A DNA stretch of 64,000 nucleotides from Bacteroidales bacterium UBA1402 (GCA_002305085.1 DBQE01000009.1:20835-84834); one strand, 5' to 3'; positions 1 through 11,542 are shown, counted from the stretch's first letter. The notes: generated by a model not told the origin, from the sequence alone. Program-made: numbers and translations.

Positions 1-2
1 TT

Positions 3-116
3 CTGGGAGAAGATGCCTTCTGGATGATTCTGCAAGAAAAAGATCCCACGCTCAACAAGGCTGTTTCGCTTATTCAAAATCTGGGGACTAACGTTCCTCT
101 TGACCATACTAGGTAA
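3..116 (+). CDS. 3' end of a gene cut by the window edge, probably an S41 C-terminal processing protease
   Basis: Frame 3 reads LGEDAFWMILQEKDPTLNKAVSLIQ...HTR* (TAA 114-116). It resembles Bacteroidales CtpA tails, and ctpA commonly precedes 5-FTHF cyclo-ligase. Confidence 0.5.
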   Translation: MGEDAFWMILQEKDPTLNKAVSLIQNLGTNVPLDHTR

Positions 117-131
117 GTCCGTTAAATAGAG

Positions 132-680
132 ATGGAAAATCCGTCCGTGCAAAAAGAAAAGCTAAGAAAGACTCTGTGCTTACTTACAAAACAACAAGAC
201 CCCGCAGTGCTTGATAAAGAATCCAGGCTTATTTGCAACAAGCTGGAAGGGAGTCCTGAGTTTAAAGAAGCCCAAAACCTTTTGTTGTATTATTCCTTGC
301 CCGACGAAGTGAGTACTCTGGAATTGATCCAACGCTGGTACAAACACAAAAACATTCTGCTCCCTATAGTCGTAGACGAAAGCACCATGGTCTTGCGTCT
401 ATATACCGGAAAAAACACTTTGCAACTGAATCGCTGGGGTATAGCCGAACCCACCGGAGAAGATTTCTTGACTTACGACGAGATCGACCTGGCCGTTATT
501 CCCGGTGTGGCATTCGATAAACAAGGCTATAGATTGGGACGGGGTAAAGCATATTACGACCGTTTTTTGGGCCGGCTTCACTGTCCTGTGTTCGGCTTGT
601 GTTTTGCCCACCGCTATCTCAGGAACCTACCCGTTGAAGCCTGGGACGTCCCGGTTCAACGAGTGGTAAGCAGCATTTGA
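132..680 (+). CDS. 5-formyltetrahydrofolate cyclo-ligase
   Basis: Motifs GIAEP, IDLAVIPGVAFD..GYRLGRGKAYYDRFL, E.WD.PV. Confidence 0.93.
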   Translation: MENPSVQKEKLRKTLCLLTKQQDPAVLDKESRLICNKLEGSPEFKEAQNLLLYYSLPDEVSTLELIQRWYKHKNILLPIVVDESTMVLRLYTGKNTLQLNRWGIAEPTGEDFLTYDEIDLAVIPGVAFDKQGYRLGRGKAYYDRFLGRLHCPVFGLCFAHRYLRNLPVEAWDVPVQRVVSSI

Positions 681-707
681 AGTTTTTGATTATGGATGCC
701 CACTCAA

Positions 708-2069
708 CTATTTTGCTTTATTCCCCTTTTTAGCAGCTCCTCCCTTTTTAACAGCTACCTGACGGTTGCCGGTGGGGCTTTCTTTTTTGTATTTCTTTAA
801 TTCCTTTTCGAGATCTGCAATTTTTAGTTCCTGGTTTTGTATGGTGGTCAATAAAGAATTTAATTCCTCGTTCCCCACCGATGAGGGGAACTGGGCGTTC
901 ACTCGCTCCATAAAGTCGCTCAGCACATTCATATAGTTTATAAAAGCTTCAAAGGGACTCTCGTAGGGGCTGAAGTAACGATACAAACCACCATCCGAAA
1001 AACTCTTTGTGCTCATATAATAAAAATGGTCGCTGGTCTGCAGGTAATTCCAGTCCAGATGCAAGCGGCGGTCTTTGCTCATCCGCACTCTTTCGGCCAC
1101 GCTATAGAGCTTATTGAAAGCCTCCTGCTGAAGGTCGTTCCCCAACCAGGCGCTCAAATCTCTCTCTTCGTCTGTCCAGGAGGTGGGGTTAGGAACACTG
1201 ATAGGGCCTGTTGCTTTTACCAGACTACTCACTTCGGAAGGTGTTGAGAACCCGATCCCTTTTTCAAAAGCGAACTTGGGCAGAGCCTTGAGAAACTCAA
1301 AAATGCCACTTTCCTTAGGTTGGAGGTTCCCGAAGGTTTCATAATTCATAAACAAATTGATAACCTGCTCTTTCTCCGGCGTTTTTTGAATCCAGTCGAT
1401 AAACTTTTCGGCCACCAATGGGTACTCGCTCCAATTGTAATTGGAAAAACGGAAAGCGATATCGTCGCTCAGCTTATCGTTCTTCAACAAAAGCTTCAGG
1501 TTGGGGTTTAAAGCACTGTGGTAGACAAAATTGGGGCTTTTCCACCCGAGCACAGCTTTGGCTCCCTCAGCGATAACGGTTTTGTAACCCATGGAATAGA
1601 TCATTTCTCCTAAATCGTCGGAATAGATCAATTCGGTGTTTCTAAAAGTCTTGGGCTTTTGGCCAAATAAGACCTCTATGCGTTTGCGGTGTTGCGTGAC
1701 CTGATTTTTAAATTCCTTTTCATCTACGATGGAAGACAGAGAATGAGCGTAGGTCTCACTCAGAAATTCGACTGCTCCGGTTTTGGCTAATTTCCGAAAA
1801 CTTTCGATGACTTCGGGGGCGTGTTGCTCCAATTGATCCAGAGCTACACCCGAAATGGAAAAAGCTACCCGGAATTTTCCTTCGCTCGACTGAATCAAGT
1901 CGTAGATAATCTGATTGGCCGGCAAAAAGGAATTGGCAGCAATTCGCTGAAGTATTTGCTCGTTGATGAAATCGTCGTAATAATAATGATCTGCACCTAT
2001 GTCAAAAAAGCGATATCGTTTAAGACGAAAAGGCTGGTGAATCTGGAAGTAAAAACAAATCGTTTTCAT
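708..2069 (-). CDS. Glycoside hydrolase family 57 (alpha-amylase-like, glycogen turnover)
   Basis: N-terminal FQIHQP, SETYAHSL, FRNTELIY, FMNYETFG; C-terminal coiled coil and Lys-rich tail. Confidence 0.92.
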   Translation of the reverse strand: MKTICFYFQIHQPFRLKRYRFFDIGADHYYYDDFINEQILQRIAANSFLPANQIIYDLIQSSEGKFRVAFSISGVALDQLEQHAPEVIESFRKLAKTGAVEFLSETYAHSLSSIVDEKEFKNQVTQHRKRIEVLFGQKPKTFRNTELIYSDDLGEMIYSMGYKTVIAEGAKAVLGWKSPNFVYHSALNPNLKLLLKNDKLSDDIAFRFSNYNWSEYPLVAEKFIDWIQKTPEKEQVINLFMNYETFGNLQPKESGIFEFLKALPKFAFEKGIGFSTPSEVSSLVKATGPISVPNPTSWTDEERDLSAWLGNDLQQEAFNKLYSVAERVRMSKDRRLHLDWNYLQTSDHFYYMSTKSFSDGGLYRYFSPYESPFEAFINYMNVLSDFMERVNAQFPSSVGNEELNSLLTTIQNQELKIADLEKELKKYKKESPTGNRQVAVKKGGAAKKGNKAK

Positions 2070-2086
2070 AAGGCTTTATTTAATGA

Positions 2087-3352
2087 TTACTTTATTCCTA
2101 ACAGACGGTCGTAAATGGCTCTGACCTTTTTCCCGGCATACTCCCATTTGATCTCGTCCACTTCATTTTTGCCCTGAATCTTTAAGAATTCATGCATGGC
2201 AGGATTGGTGATTATTGAATAGATGGCATCGGCCATGGCATCAATATCCCAATAGTCGGTTTTAATGGCATAATTTAAGATTTCGGCACAACCGGATTGT
2301 TTCGAAATAATAGAAGGGACTCCTACCTGCATGGCTTCGAGCGGAGATATCCCAAAAGGCTCTGATACGGAAGGCATTACGTAAACATCACTCGATTTTA
2401 GCATTCTGTAAACCTGATTGCCTTTCAAAAAGCCCGGGAAATGAAACTTATCTGCAATTCCCCTCTTGGCCACCAGTTTTATCATGTCTTCCATCATGTC
2501 ACCGCTACCCGCCATTACAAAGCGGACCCCGGAGGTTTTCTGTAAAACGCGGCTGGCAGCTTCGACAAAATACTCCGGCCCCTTCTGCATGGTGATCCTA
2601 CCCAGGAAAGTGACAATCTTTTGATTTGTATGTCTTTCCGGTTGAATTTCCTCTATCGTTTTGCTTACTGGCTCAACAGCGTTATGAACGGCAGACACCT
2701 TGCGGGGATCCTGATGGTATTTACTAATCACAGTTTCTCTGGTCAGATTACTGACGCAAATAATGTGATCTGCGTGATCCATGCCGTTTTTTTCTATGCC
2801 GTAGACCTGTGGATTGACATTGCCCCGGCTGCGGTCGAAATCGGTGGCATGAACGTGGATGACCAAGGGTTTACCGCTGATGTTTTTGGCATGAATGCCT
2901 GCAGAATAGGTGAGCCAATCGTGCGAATGGATTATATCGTGTTGCTCGGTACGGGCAATAACCCCTGCACAAATGGAATAGTTGTTGATCTCTTCCATCA
3001 GATTGTCGGGGTAACGTCCGGAAAACTCGATACAACCCAAGTCGTTAGTGTATAAATACCTGAAATCGGCATAGATATGATCCCTCATATTGTAATAGTC
3101 CTGAGGACTCATATAAGAACCGAAACGACTTTCCAGGTGTTCCCAAGAAACATCTCTCCAAACCACCGGCGTGTTACAGGCTCCGATAATTTTGACGAAA
3201 CTCTGGTCCTCGTCTCCGTGAGGTTTGGGAATGACAAAAACAAGATCCATATCTTCTTGCATGGCCATTCCTTTGGTCAATCCATAACTGGCCGTTCCTA
3301 AACCGCCCAGAATATGTGGAGGGAATTCCCAGCCAAACATAAGTGCTCTCAT
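2087..3352 (-). CDS. GT4 glycosyltransferase (glycogen synthase-like)
   Basis: GWEFPPHILGGLG, HSHDWLT, MPSVSEPFGISPLEAM; located in the glycogen operon. Confidence 0.92.
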   Translation of the reverse strand: MRALMFGWEFPPHILGGLGTASYGLTKGMAMQEDMDLVFVIPKPHGDEDQSFVKIIGACNTPVVWRDVSWEHLESRFGSYMSPQDYYNMRDHIYADFRYLYTNDLGCIEFSGRYPDNLMEEINNYSICAGVIARTEQHDIIHSHDWLTYSAGIHAKNISGKPLVIHVHATDFDRSRGNVNPQVYGIEKNGMDHADHIICVSNLTRETVISKYHQDPRKVSAVHNAVEPVSKTIEEIQPERHTNQKIVTFLGRITMQKGPEYFVEAASRVLQKTSGVRFVMAGSGDMMEDMIKLVAKRGIADKFHFPGFLKGNQVYRMLKSSDVYVMPSVSEPFGISPLEAMQVGVPSIISKQSGCAEILNYAIKTDYWDIDAMADAIYSIITNPAMHEFLKIQGKNEVDEIKWEYAGKKVRAIYDRLLGIK

Positions 3353-5307
3353 CCTTGTGTGGTATTAGCTGACATTACTTTAATTATTTGTTTTATCCGG
3401 AGTATCTCCGCAACACTCATGGCAAAGGAGACTGCTCCTCTGCCCCAGTAGGGAGGATTTCCGTCGTACAGTTCCGAAATAGTGCCTATGCCTCTGTCAG
3501 TCAGATCATCTTCAAAGCCATAAATAATGCGTTCTGCAAAGTTTAACCCGCGAATTTTATGAACTTTGAGGTAAGCTTCAACATATGGACCGATCAGCCA
3601 GGCCCAGGCTGTCCCCTGATGATATGCCCAGGTCCTGCGACTTTCGGATCCCTGGAATATAGGATTATAACCCAAACTCTTAGGGCTGAGTGTTCGTAAG
3701 CCCTTAGGTGTGAGTAATTCCTTGGTGACGATGTCGAGTACCTGTTTTTTTTGCATCTTGTCCAAAGGTGAAAAATCGAGCGAGACTGCAAAAATCTGAT
3801 TAGGACGAACGCTCCAATCTATCGTCTGCCCGTCCACAAAATCGTACAAATAACCGAAATCGTTGCGGAATACTTCTACAAAAGAGACTCCGGCCTTCTG
3901 TGCAAGTTCCGAGTATTTGGCTTGTAATTTCGCCTTGCCGGCCAGGGCGGCCATTTCTGAGGCAAAGCAAAGGGCGTTATACCACAAAGCATTGAATTCA
4001 ACCAAATAACCGGTTCTCGGCACCAGAGGTTTGCCGTACATCGTGGAATTCATCCAGCTGACAGGTTGCTCTTTGCCGTTGGTAAAGAGCAATCCGTTAT
4101 TGTGCAAAATAAGCTTATCGTGCTTTTGACCGATTATAAAATCCAGCGCATCAAACAGCAATTTATTGTATTTTCCGGCGCATTTTTCCGTGCCCTGATC
4201 TTTGGCGTATTGTTGAAGAGCCCATATCATCCACAACAAGACATCCGGTGCATCTATTTCAGTAATTGCACAATCGATTGGTTTGTGTTCCATAAAGTTT
4301 CGCAACCCTTTTTCGCCGGTTTCCATTATGGCATCAAATAAACCGGGATCCTCCGCTGCGAGGGTACAACCGGGAAGAGAAACAAACATATCCCTTGCCC
4401 GGCATTCAAACCAGGGGTAACCTGCCAGCAGGTAACGCTGTCCGTCGGGATGTTTGTTGTAAAACTGGTAAGCCGCGTTTTTCAGGCTGTTGGTAAAACT
4501 GTTTCTGGGTGTACGAATTGACTTTTCTTCCTCAAACATCTTCTGCATAGTTGCAGGCTGGATAGCTGAAATACCCGCCGAAAAATATATGCTTTCGTCT
4601 TTTTTAATAGGCAATTCAAAATAACCCGGAACAAACAAGTCCTCTTTGAAATCATAGCCTCTTTCCTGCTCTTTCAAATATTCTATATTCCTGTACCAGT
4701 CGGGAGAATAGTGAAATTCATTTTCTGCGGACAATTGCATATGCAACTCGGGATAACCATTGTAAAGACAAAGTTTAATCCCGTTATCCACAAGTTGATA
4801 TTCTTTATTTGCATAATTGTTTTCCTTACACAGGTCATTAATGCTGCGAAAAGCCAAAAAAGGTCTCAGCCTGAGTTTGGTGGGAGAATGCGCTTCGAGT
4901 AAAGTATATTTTATCAGTATGCGGTTCTCGTGCGAAACAAATATTTTTTCCTTAGAAAGAATTACACCTCCCACACGGTAAATAGTCGAAGGATTGGAAT
5001 CGCATTCAAATTCGCGAATGTATTTATGTCCCTGAGGGCTGTAATTGTCTCCTTCGTATTTGTGCAAACCAAGGTTGAATTCTGCTCCGTGTTGAATGAC
5101 GGTCGTATCCAGAGAAGAAATCAGCACGTGATTTTTCCCGTCCAGCTCAGGAACGGGAATCACCAACAAACCATGATATTTCCTGGTATTACAGTCGACT
5201 ATGGTCGAATAGCTGTAGGCTCCCGATTTGTTGGTTTGCAGCAACTCTTTGGTCAACGATTGCTGTAAGTTGACCATTAGGGCTTTGTCAAATTTCAAAT
5301 AGGTCAT
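3349..5307 (-). CDS. Glycogen debranching enzyme (amylo-alpha-1,6-glucosidase family)
   Basis: CNTRKYHGLL, LAGYPWF, RPNQIFA, AYHQGT.W.W; 4-bp overlap with the GT4 gene. Confidence 0.9.
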   Translation of the reverse strand: MTYLKFDKALMVNLQQSLTKELLQTNKSGAYSYSTIVDCNTRKYHGLLVIPVPELDGKNHVLISSLDTTVIQHGAEFNLGLHKYEGDNYSPQGHKYIREFECDSNPSTIYRVGGVILSKEKIFVSHENRILIKYTLLEAHSPTKLRLRPFLAFRSINDLCKENNYANKEYQLVDNGIKLCLYNGYPELHMQLSAENEFHYSPDWYRNIEYLKEQERGYDFKEDLFVPGYFELPIKKDESIYFSAGISAIQPATMQKMFEEEKSIRTPRNSFTNSLKNAAYQFYNKHPDGQRYLLAGYPWFECRARDMFVSLPGCTLAAEDPGLFDAIMETGEKGLRNFMEHKPIDCAITEIDAPDVLLWMIWALQQYAKDQGTEKCAGKYNKLLFDALDFIIGQKHDKLILHNNGLLFTNGKEQPVSWMNSTMYGKPLVPRTGYLVEFNALWYNALCFASEMAALAGKAKLQAKYSELAQKAGVSFVEVFRNDFGYLYDFVDGQTIDWSVRPNQIFAVSLDFSPLDKMQKKQVLDIVTKELLTPKGLRTLSPKSLGYNPIFQGSESRRTWAYHQGTAWAWLIGPYVEAYLKVHKIRGLNFAERIIYGFEDDLTDRGIGTISELYDGNPPYWGRGAVSFAMSVAEILRIKQIIKVMSANTTQG

Positions 5308-5532
5308 AACAGTACATGTTTTGCTTATTGCGATTAATAACCTGCATTAGTAACAAATCCTGTGTACTTATGCAAAAAAAACGATAGACGAAGATAAGTT
5401 TTTTTTGGGAATTACAAGCGACAAGATCCTAAATAAAGAGCAAAAAGAATATGTTTTACATCATCTTTTAGCCTGTTTTTGGCCGGTTTGCTCTTTATGG
5501 CGGGGATTTTGTTGACAATTGCAGAATTTTAG

Positions 5533-5540
5533 TACTTTTG
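5533..5540 (+). promoter_or_regulatory. Bacteroidota sigma-A -7 element (TACTTTTG)
   Basis: Matches TAnnTTTG, 40 nt upstream of ATG 5580. Confidence 0.6.
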
Positions 5541-5579
5541 CATTCTCATTTTATACATTTACTCACGACACTCCGCACT

Positions 5580-6572
5580 ATGGAAAAACGACAAAAAGAA
5601 CTCAATCTTTCCGAACTTCTGGTGCTTTTGTTCAAAAGTATCGGCAATTTGATCAAGTGGCTGTGGAATCTTTTTATACAAGCTTTGCGCTTGAGCTACC
5701 GAAAAAAATGGATTGTTCTGGCATCTATTGTGGCCGGACTTGCATGGGGATATTTTGCTTCCACACCCGATAAACAGATACATAAAGCGTCCATCACGCT
5801 AAAAACCGTCATTAAAGGGAGTCCATACAGCAAAGATTTTATTAAAACATTGAATGCCGATTGCGGGAAAAAAGACAAGAGCAGTTTTGCAAAAAAACTG
5901 AATATCTCCGAAGATGAAGCCAAAAAAATTGTCTCCCTAAAATCTTTCTATCTAGTTGACATCAGTACTGATGGTATTATTGACCAGGTCGATTACAAAG
6001 AAAGTTTTAAAGGTGACACAGTCAACACTTGGAGTGGTAATTACTTATACGTTGAAATTTTATCCAAAGATGAAACACTATTTCCTACAATAAGGGAAGG
6101 CATCGTCTACGCATTGAACAATGATGCATCTGTGCAAAAAGAGAAAGCCTTCATGAATATGCAACATTCCGACTGGATTTCTATGCTTGATGAAGAATTG
6201 GAAAAGATCAAGGAATTACAATCAAAAATGTTTGCAGAAGACGTAAGCAACATCACTTCTCTGAGTTTAAGACAAAAGCCCAAACAACAATGGTCCGATC
6301 CCAACGTAATGACTGTGTTGGGCGAAACAAAAATGCAAATGTTTACCCAAGACAAAGTTCGCTCCATGGAGGCTATAAATAGTCATAAGCGTGCGATTAA
6401 AGAACTTGACGAAGGCGCCATACGCGTAGAATTACCCATTTTATACCTGGGAGTGACAAATCCCCGGTACAAAGTGATGATCGTGCGAGCTTTCCTATGC
6501 TATCTTTTGGGCCTGGGACTCTGCGCTTACCTGGAAAACCGTAAAAGGATCATTGCTTTTCTGGAAGCATAA
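5580..6572 (+). CDS. Membrane protein with N- and C-terminal TM helices and a periplasmic coiled coil (Wzz/chain-length-determinant-like)
   Basis: ELNLSELL N-terminus, TM near aa 45-60, coiled coil, P-R-Y-K before the C-terminal TM. ATG 5580 is preferred to TTG 5538, which overlaps the promoter box. Confidence 0.55.
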   Translation: MEKRQKELNLSELLVLLFKSIGNLIKWLWNLFIQALRLSYRKKWIVLASIVAGLAWGYFASTPDKQIHKASITLKTVIKGSPYSKDFIKTLNADCGKKDKSSFAKKLNISEDEAKKIVSLKSFYLVDISTDGIIDQVDYKESFKGDTVNTWSGNYLYVEILSKDETLFPTIREGIVYALNNDASVQKEKAFMNMQHSDWISMLDEELEKIKELQSKMFAEDVSNITSLSLRQKPKQQWSDPNVMTVLGETKMQMFTQDKVRSMEAINSHKRAIKELDEGAIRVELPILYLGVTNPRYKVMIVRAFLCYLLGLGLCAYLENRKRIIAFLEA

Positions 6573-6659
6573 CAACCATCCGGACTGCCCAGATCATTTC
6601 ACTGGAAAACCGAAAGTTAAGGACAATTGTAGTTGGCAGAAACCTGCTGAAAAAAGGTA

Positions 6660-8411
6660 CTACAGACCCAAAGATTTCATTATCTTCTTAAATTTTTCTT
6701 CGGCCAACTTGCATTTGGCGGGATATTCAGAGTGCGATTTCAACACATCGCGTACTTCGATGTAAAATTTAATCTTAGGTTCCGTACCCGAAGGACGTAT
6801 AGACACCTTTGTTCCGTCCAGGCTGAAGTATTGTAACACATTGGAGGTTTCCGGCATTTTAAGATCAAAACTTTCTCCGCTTTCAGGCTTATAAGCTTTC
6901 AGGCCCATATAATCCTTAACCAAAATTACCGGAGAACCCGCCAGTTCATTCACCGGCTTGGATCTAAAATTGTCCATCATGGACTTGATTTGTTCAGCTC
7001 CCGATTTCCCTTTTTTAACAACGGAAATGCCTTTCTCTCTCGAAAAACCGTATTCCATGTAAATATCCAGCAACAATTCATACAAGCTTTTCCCTTGTTC
7101 TTTGGCCCAAGCAAGTATTTCGGCCATCAAAGCACAGGACGAAACAGCGTCTTTGTCGCGAACAAAATCCTGAGGCAGGAAGCCATAACTTTCCTCACCT
7201 CCGCCTATGTATTGCCGTTTACCTTCGAATTCCCTGATTACAGCCGCTATCCATTTAAAGCCGGTATACGTGTCAAACATATCCACCTTATGCCTGTCGG
7301 CAATTTCTTTGATCAATTCGGTAGTAACTATGGTTTTGACAATAAACTCCTTGCCGCTTTCGAGCATCCCCAGCTCGGAACGTCTTTTAATCAGGTAGTA
7401 GATAAAGATAAGGGCGGTCTGATGTCCGTTGACCAGCATCCATTCTTCCCGGTCGTTTTTGATCGCTATTCCGAGGCGGTCGGAATCCGGATCGGAAGCC
7501 ATTACAATATCGGCATCTACTTCGGCCGCTCTTTTCAGCGCCAACGACAAAGCTGCCGGTTCTTCGGGATTGGGCGAAACAACCGTAGGAAAGTCCCCGC
7601 TGACCACATCCTGTTCGGGCACATTGATGATGTTTTTGAAACCAAAAGCCCGGAGACAAGCAGGAATAATTCTGACACCGGTACCGTGAATGGGTGTATA
7701 TACTATTTTCAGGTCTTCGTGTTTTCGAATGGCCTCGGGCGATAGAGAAATGGTCTTGATCTGTTTAATGTATTTCTCATCGATCTCGGCGCCAATCAAC
7801 TTAATGAGTTCCTTATTTCCCTCAAAGCGGACAGAGCTGATATCCTTGATAGCCTGTACTTCGTTAATGATATTGTGATCGTGAGGAGGCACCACCTGAG
7901 CCCCGTCGTCCCAATAAGCTTTATAACCGTTGTATTCCTTAGGATTGTGCGAAGCCGTCAATATAACTCCGCTCTGGCATTTCAGATGACGTATGGCAAA
8001 AGACACTTCGGGGGTGGGACGTAAATCGTCGAATAAATACACATAAATGCCGTTGGCCGAAAATACGTCGGCACAGATTTCTGCAAAAAAACGGCTGTTG
8101 TTTCTGCAATCGTACCCGATTACCACAGAGATCCGGGGCAAGTGAGCAAAAGATTTATTCAGATAATTGGCCAAGCCCTGAGTGGCGGCTCCAACTGTGT
8201 ACTGATTCACTCTGTTGCTGCCGGGTCCCATTATTCCACGTAGCCCACCTGTACCGAATTCCAGGTCCTTGTAAAAAGATTCAATTAATTCTGTTTTATC
8301 TTCCTTATCAAGCATAGCTTGAACTGCAGCCCTGGTTTGCTCATCGTAATCCTCTGTCAGCCAACGCTTGGCTTTGGCTGTGACTTCTTTTATCAACTGT
8401 CTGTTTTCCAT
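6660..8411 (-). CDS. pgm: Phosphoglucomutase/phosphomannomutase (phospho-sugar mutase)
   Basis: FGTGGLRG, TASHNP, DPDSDR, GEESYG, RPSGTEPK. Confidence 0.93.
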   Translation of the reverse strand: MENRQLIKEVTAKAKRWLTEDYDEQTRAAVQAMLDKEDKTELIESFYKDLEFGTGGLRGIMGPGSNRVNQYTVGAATQGLANYLNKSFAHLPRISVVIGYDCRNNSRFFAEICADVFSANGIYVYLFDDLRPTPEVSFAIRHLKCQSGVILTASHNPKEYNGYKAYWDDGAQVVPPHDHNIINEVQAIKDISSVRFEGNKELIKLIGAEIDEKYIKQIKTISLSPEAIRKHEDLKIVYTPIHGTGVRIIPACLRAFGFKNIINVPEQDVVSGDFPTVVSPNPEEPAALSLALKRAAEVDADIVMASDPDSDRLGIAIKNDREEWMLVNGHQTALIFIYYLIKRRSELGMLESGKEFIVKTIVTTELIKEIADRHKVDMFDTYTGFKWIAAVIREFEGKRQYIGGGEESYGFLPQDFVRDKDAVSSCALMAEILAWAKEQGKSLYELLLDIYMEYGFSREKGISVVKKGKSGAEQIKSMMDNFRSKPVNELAGSPVILVKDYMGLKAYKPESGESFDLKMPETSNVLQYFSLDGTKVSIRPSGTEPKIKFYIEVRDVLKSHSEYPAKCKLAEEKFKKIMKSLGL

Positions 8412-8423
8412 AGCTTATTTGTA

Positions 8424-10235
8424 TTATTCTGCGTTAAACATCCACTCCCTGTAATTTTCATTGCCACACTTATCCTTTACATAAATCTGCAAAAGATTGC
8501 CCACCGGCAACAAACCAATCCGCTCGTCTTTTAAATCGGCCGTCAAGGTATTGGTCTTGTAATCGTATTCAAACAAAACCCACTTAGCGTTGATAGTACA
8601 GCGGTAAGTGTCTAAGCCCGATTCATCGTCACGGACAAGTATGCGAATTAAAGTATTATTTTGGTTCTTTTCAAGTTGAGGATGAAAAATTTTTGGAGGC
8701 AGACTGTCGCCTAATACGACATAATTCCCAAAGTTCAGGATTTCACCTTCCATAAAACCCTCTGTATATGTTGCTTCTATATATTCTATCTTATTATTGG
8801 ATAATATTCTGACCAGATAGTAGCGATTCTTTTCACTTAAAATGTCGTCGTTAATCTTTATACGGATAAACGCCGCCTGATGCAGCGGAACAGTGGGATG
8901 GTGAATTTTGTGTACACCCGTGTATAAACGATGATTTCTGAGCCCGGGATTCTTAACATTCTTCGGAGGTGTATAATCGTACTCGAAAGCCAGCTTATTG
9001 TAAAACGAAGCTACCGGAAACTCCAGATATATGTCTTTGGAGGTATAGGTGTTTTTGTATGCCGGATAAAAAAATAAAGCCGTGGTGTCTTCCTGAGGAA
9101 AAGGAAGCTGTTTACCCTGCAATTTAAAACGGTACTCGGCTTTGTTCCCCGATATATCGTACAATTCGTATGTAAAATCGTATTCCCGCTCTTGATTTAC
9201 ATCAATGTGACCGTTGTTGATCTTAACCGGATAAATATCGAGCTTATTGAAAGGCTCCACAAAAGATTTCATAATCCAGGAACGGTTTTGCACCCACTCT
9301 TCATAATCGACCAAGGCATTCAAATAACGGCTTTCCTCGAAAGAAAAGCGGCCTATGTCTTGCTGAAATATTTCTTCACCATCCAGGAATAAGCGAATCC
9401 GGCTCAAACCGTATAGATTGTTGGTGCCGTTCATATAGTTGTAGGCTTTAATACCCAAGCCTATTTTGCCCCAGACCAAGGGTAATTTGCTGTCTGGAGC
9501 TACTGTCCCACCCTGTCCGAACTGTATTATTTCTTTTGCAGACAGCCGTCCGCCGTGATTTAGCAAAATTCCCTGCCCATCAATAGCATAGATGGCCAAG
9601 GCCAACATTTTCGGAGGACTGGTGTCTTTGATGCGATCCTTATACCAAAACATGGGATCGACCGGGTCTTCGGATTCCGTCTGACGAATTTCGAAATGCA
9701 AATGGGGGCCGCCCGAGCTACCTGTATTTCCGCTATACCCTATCAACTCACCGCGCTCAACGGGTATTTGTTCATCGGAAAACAACAAATTCTGCTCATA
9801 AGACTCAGCCGCATATTGGGCCGCTTTAACTATAGAATCCAACCTTGGAGAAAAAGATTCTAAATGCCCGTAAACACTGGTATAACCATTGGGATGATCT
9901 AAATAAACAGCCTTTCCGAATCCTTTTACACGTATGCTGACACGCGAAACAAAAGCCGGAGCTATAGCATATACCGGTTTATCAATCACACCCTGAGTTT
10001 TAAAATCCAGGCCGGAATGAAAGTGATCCTCGCGTAATTCGCCGAAATTGGCACTGAGGTAGGGAGGAATACGTAAGGGTAAATCGAAATAAGAAGGTGA
10101 GATACTGTCCTGCAACCTATGCGACTGCACAAATAAAACAGCTTGCTCCAACAAATCAGCCTTGTCTTTTTGCGCATTAAGAATAAAAGCAACACAAGCC
10201 GACAACACTAATAATGTAAGCCGCTTCATCCTCAC
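8424..10235 (-). CDS. M23 family metallopeptidase
   Basis: Signal peptide, HFHSGLD (HxxxD), [16 protein letters not shown] (HxH). Confidence 0.9.
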   Translation of the reverse strand: MRMKRLTLLVLSACVAFILNAQKDKADLLEQAVLFVQSHRLQDSISPSYFDLPLRIPPYLSANFGELREDHFHSGLDFKTQGVIDKPVYAIAPAFVSRVSIRVKGFGKAVYLDHPNGYTSVYGHLESFSPRLDSIVKAAQYAAESYEQNLLFSDEQIPVERGELIGYSGNTGSSGGPHLHFEIRQTESEDPVDPMFWYKDRIKDTSPPKMLALAIYAIDGQGILLNHGGRLSAKEIIQFGQGGTVAPDSKLPLVWGKIGLGIKAYNYMNGTNNLYGLSRIRLFLDGEEIFQQDIGRFSFEESRYLNALVDYEEWVQNRSWIMKSFVEPFNKLDIYPVKINNGHIDVNQEREYDFTYELYDISGNKAEYRFKLQGKQLPFPQEDTTALFFYPAYKNTYTSKDIYLEFPVASFYNKLAFEYDYTPPKNVKNPGLRNHRLYTGVHKIHHPTVPLHQAAFIRIKINDDILSEKNRYYLVRILSNNKIEYIEATYTEGFMEGEILNFGNYVVLGDSLPPKIFHPQLEKNQNNTLIRILVRDDESGLDTYRCTINAKWVLFEYDYKTNTLTADLKDERIGLLPVGNLLQIYVKDKCGNENYREWMFNAE

Positions 10236-10585
10236 TTAATCAGTCTGTTGGTCGCGGTGTCGGGAAAAATAATACAGGGTTTAAATGTGCGTGCCTCTTC
10301 CGCATCCATCAAAGCATACGATAGTATAATCACGACATCGCCGGGTAAAGCCCTGCGAGCCGCAGCTCCATTAAGACAAATAACGCCGGAACCTCTCTTC
10401 CCTTTGATAACGTAAGTTTCGAAACGTTCTCCGTTATTGTTGTTCAATACCGTAACCTTTTCGTTGGGAATGAGGTTGGCAGCCTCAATCAGGTCTTCGT
10501 CGATAGTGATACTACCGATGTAATCCAGGTTGGCTTCCGTTACACGCACCCTGTGAATTTTTGATTTTAGGACCTCAATCAGCAT
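10232..10585 (-). CDS. panD: Aspartate 1-decarboxylase
   Basis: KSKIHR, Y.GSITID self-cleavage site, ETY, NGAAAR. Confidence 0.96.
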   Translation of the reverse strand: MLIEVLKSKIHRVRVTEANLDYIGSITIDEDLIEAANLIPNEKVTVLNNNNGERFETYVIKGKRGSGVICLNGAAARRALPGDVVIILSYALMDAEEARTFKPCIIFPDTATNRLIK

Positions 10586-11426
10586 TTTTATATACTATGT
10601 TATCTATTAAACGCACAGATCCGCAATATACCGCTATACATCCAACTACGCAGGCAGAATCTGTCCATTCTTGTATGCTTTGCAAGGTAGTTCCGTTAAC
10701 AATTTCGAAATAATCCAGACGAAGCATCGGCTCGGCATTGACCCCGTTAACTACAAACTCTTTGATTTCTGCCGGCCTTTTCTTCGAAACAAAGGTAAGG
10801 CTTTCAAATAAATATTTGGATATGAGGGCAGCTTTTCTTTTTTGCTCCGCTGTTAAAAGCTCATTGCGGCTGCTCATGGCTAATCCGCTCTCTTCCCGTA
10901 CAATGGGACAGGATACTATTTGAACTTTCATGTTCAGTTGTTCGACCATTTTGCGAACTATGAGCAATTGTTGAAAATCTTTTTGGCCAAAATAGGCCTT
11001 ACCGGGTTGCACCGCTTCAAAAAGCTTGCTTACAATTTGAGCGACTCCGTTGAAATGCCCTTTTCTGTACACACCCTCCATCACCTCTTCGAGGGGACCG
11101 AAATAAAAAAGACGAGTATCTTTTTCGGGGTACATTTCCTGTTCATCGGGCATGAATAACAAGCTGCAACCGGCTTTTTGCAACACTTCGGCGTCTTTTT
11201 CCGGTCGCCTGGGGTATTTGATTAAATCATCTTTATCGTTAAACTGCGTGGGATTTACAAAAACACTGCAAACACTAAAATCATTCTCCTGAACACAACG
11301 TTCTACCAAAGAAATATGCCCCCGATGTAAAGCTCCCATTGTGGGAACAAGCCCTACACTACAGCCTTTGCTGCGTTCTGCATCTAAAATTGTTCTTAGT
11401 TGATTTTTTGTTTTTACTACTTGCAT
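10575..11426 (-). CDS. panC: Pantoate--beta-alanine ligase
   Basis: [39 protein letters not shown]. Confidence 0.97.
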   Translation of the reverse strand: MQVVKTKNQLRTILDAERSKGCSVGLVPTMGALHRGHISLVERCVQENDFSVCSVFVNPTQFNDKDDLIKYPRRPEKDAEVLQKAGCSLLFMPDEQEMYPEKDTRLFYFGPLEEVMEGVYRKGHFNGVAQIVSKLFEAVQPGKAYFGQKDFQQLLIVRKMVEQLNMKVQIVSCPIVREESGLAMSSRNELLTAEQKRKAALISKYLFESLTFVSKKRPAEIKEFVVNGVNAEPMLRLDYFEIVNGTTLQSIQEWTDSACVVGCIAVYCGSVRLIDNIVYKNAD

Positions 11427-11542
11427 AAACGTCTGGAAGTTTGCTCGAATTCTCCCTTACAAGGAGGGCGCAAAAGAACCAATTTTTTACCATTTAAAAA
11501 AATAAAACGCTCATTTCTTGCACATCCACCTATTTTTTTTAG

